Source of the DNA: Eledone cirrhosa
Taxonomy: Eukaryota
Reading direction: 5' to 3'
NCBI GenBank assembly: GCA_964016885.1
Contig: OZ024749.1
Span: 26,350,001-26,414,000, forward strand
Length of the DNA: 64,000 nt
Position numbers and translations under genes: made by a program. This document shows positions 63,526 through 64,000 of the stretch, piece by piece. Under the pieces are notes generated by a model. The model was not told the DNA's origin. It saw only the letters and a program-made list of their open reading frames with translations, and ran no database searches. How positions within the stretch are numbered: position 1 is the stretch's first letter; the number at the start of each line of letters is the position of its first letter.

Positions 63526-63820
63526 CAGAAAATAAAATTACTGTAAGTATAGCTGGTTGTTGTAAATAATAGCTTTAAAAATCTGGTAAAAAGTCCCATA
63601 GACGGTAAAAAGTGGCCAGCGGTGTGCTACGAGGAATCGAAACTGATATCTTTTAGATACTGGTTGTCTGCCCAAGACAGAGCAGTCAGCCGGGATCTAT
63701 AAGATTCGATTCCACTACATAGCGACTGCTAGCCACTTTTTCTCCGTCTATAGGGGTTGTTTTACTTAATTTTCTAAGCTATTATTTATAGCAACCAACT
63801 GTGTTTACAATTATTTTCTG
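63526..63820. repeat. Diverged fold-back element with B-box-like motif
   Basis: Arm pairs ggttgttgtaaataatagctt/aagctattatttatagcaacc, atagacggtaaaaagtggc/gccactttttctccgtctat and ggaatcgaa/ttcgattcc. Confidence 0.7.
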
Positions 63821-64000
63821 GGTCTGAGTTTCTGAGTATTAGCATATTTTGCCTCTGTATCGAGTGAAAAAACGTCACTGAAGATGAATTCAAATCCTAA
63901 AATATTAGTATTTGATCTTCTGACACGCCTACTGAAGTATCAGTGACATGATCACAGCTTAAAATACCCAGAGCGAGAGTTATTTATGCTTATTATACAT

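Noticed and set aside
63874-63948. CTGAAGA hammerhead-like core
   Set aside because: No correctly placed GAAA or stem III found.

Overview
Repeat-dominated animal DNA. It is most likely cephalopod/octopus, inferred from the recurrent SINE and the heavy (TA)n content. No host gene is recognisable. About a third of the window is interrupted (TA)n, and there is a 200-N gap at 51557-51756. The retroelements are: an apparently full-length Tx1/L1-clade LINE (1403-7439) in (ATT)n, R4/Dong-like and RTE-like fragments, tRNA-type SINEs, MITEs, and a Penelope-like element (PLE; RT + GIY-YIG) present as an inverted pair (42430-50102). The main finding is three related families of non-coding ~420-470 bp tandem repeats (17.2-18.9 kb, 30.2-32.2 kb, 32.3-51.6 kb). 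Each unit carries a complete type I hammerhead ribozyme (16 copies) with compensatory stem changes, an octamer-containing hairpin, and a shared 3' end (hairpin...TTTAT^CGT) fused to (TA)n. The neighbouring PLE ends at the same TAT^CGT motif. This looks like a retrozyme (putative circular RNA) system lying beside a candidate autonomous PLE helper. Several solo PLE-type hammerheads and fold-back palindromes record older activity. All structures were read by eye; nothing was computed or searched.
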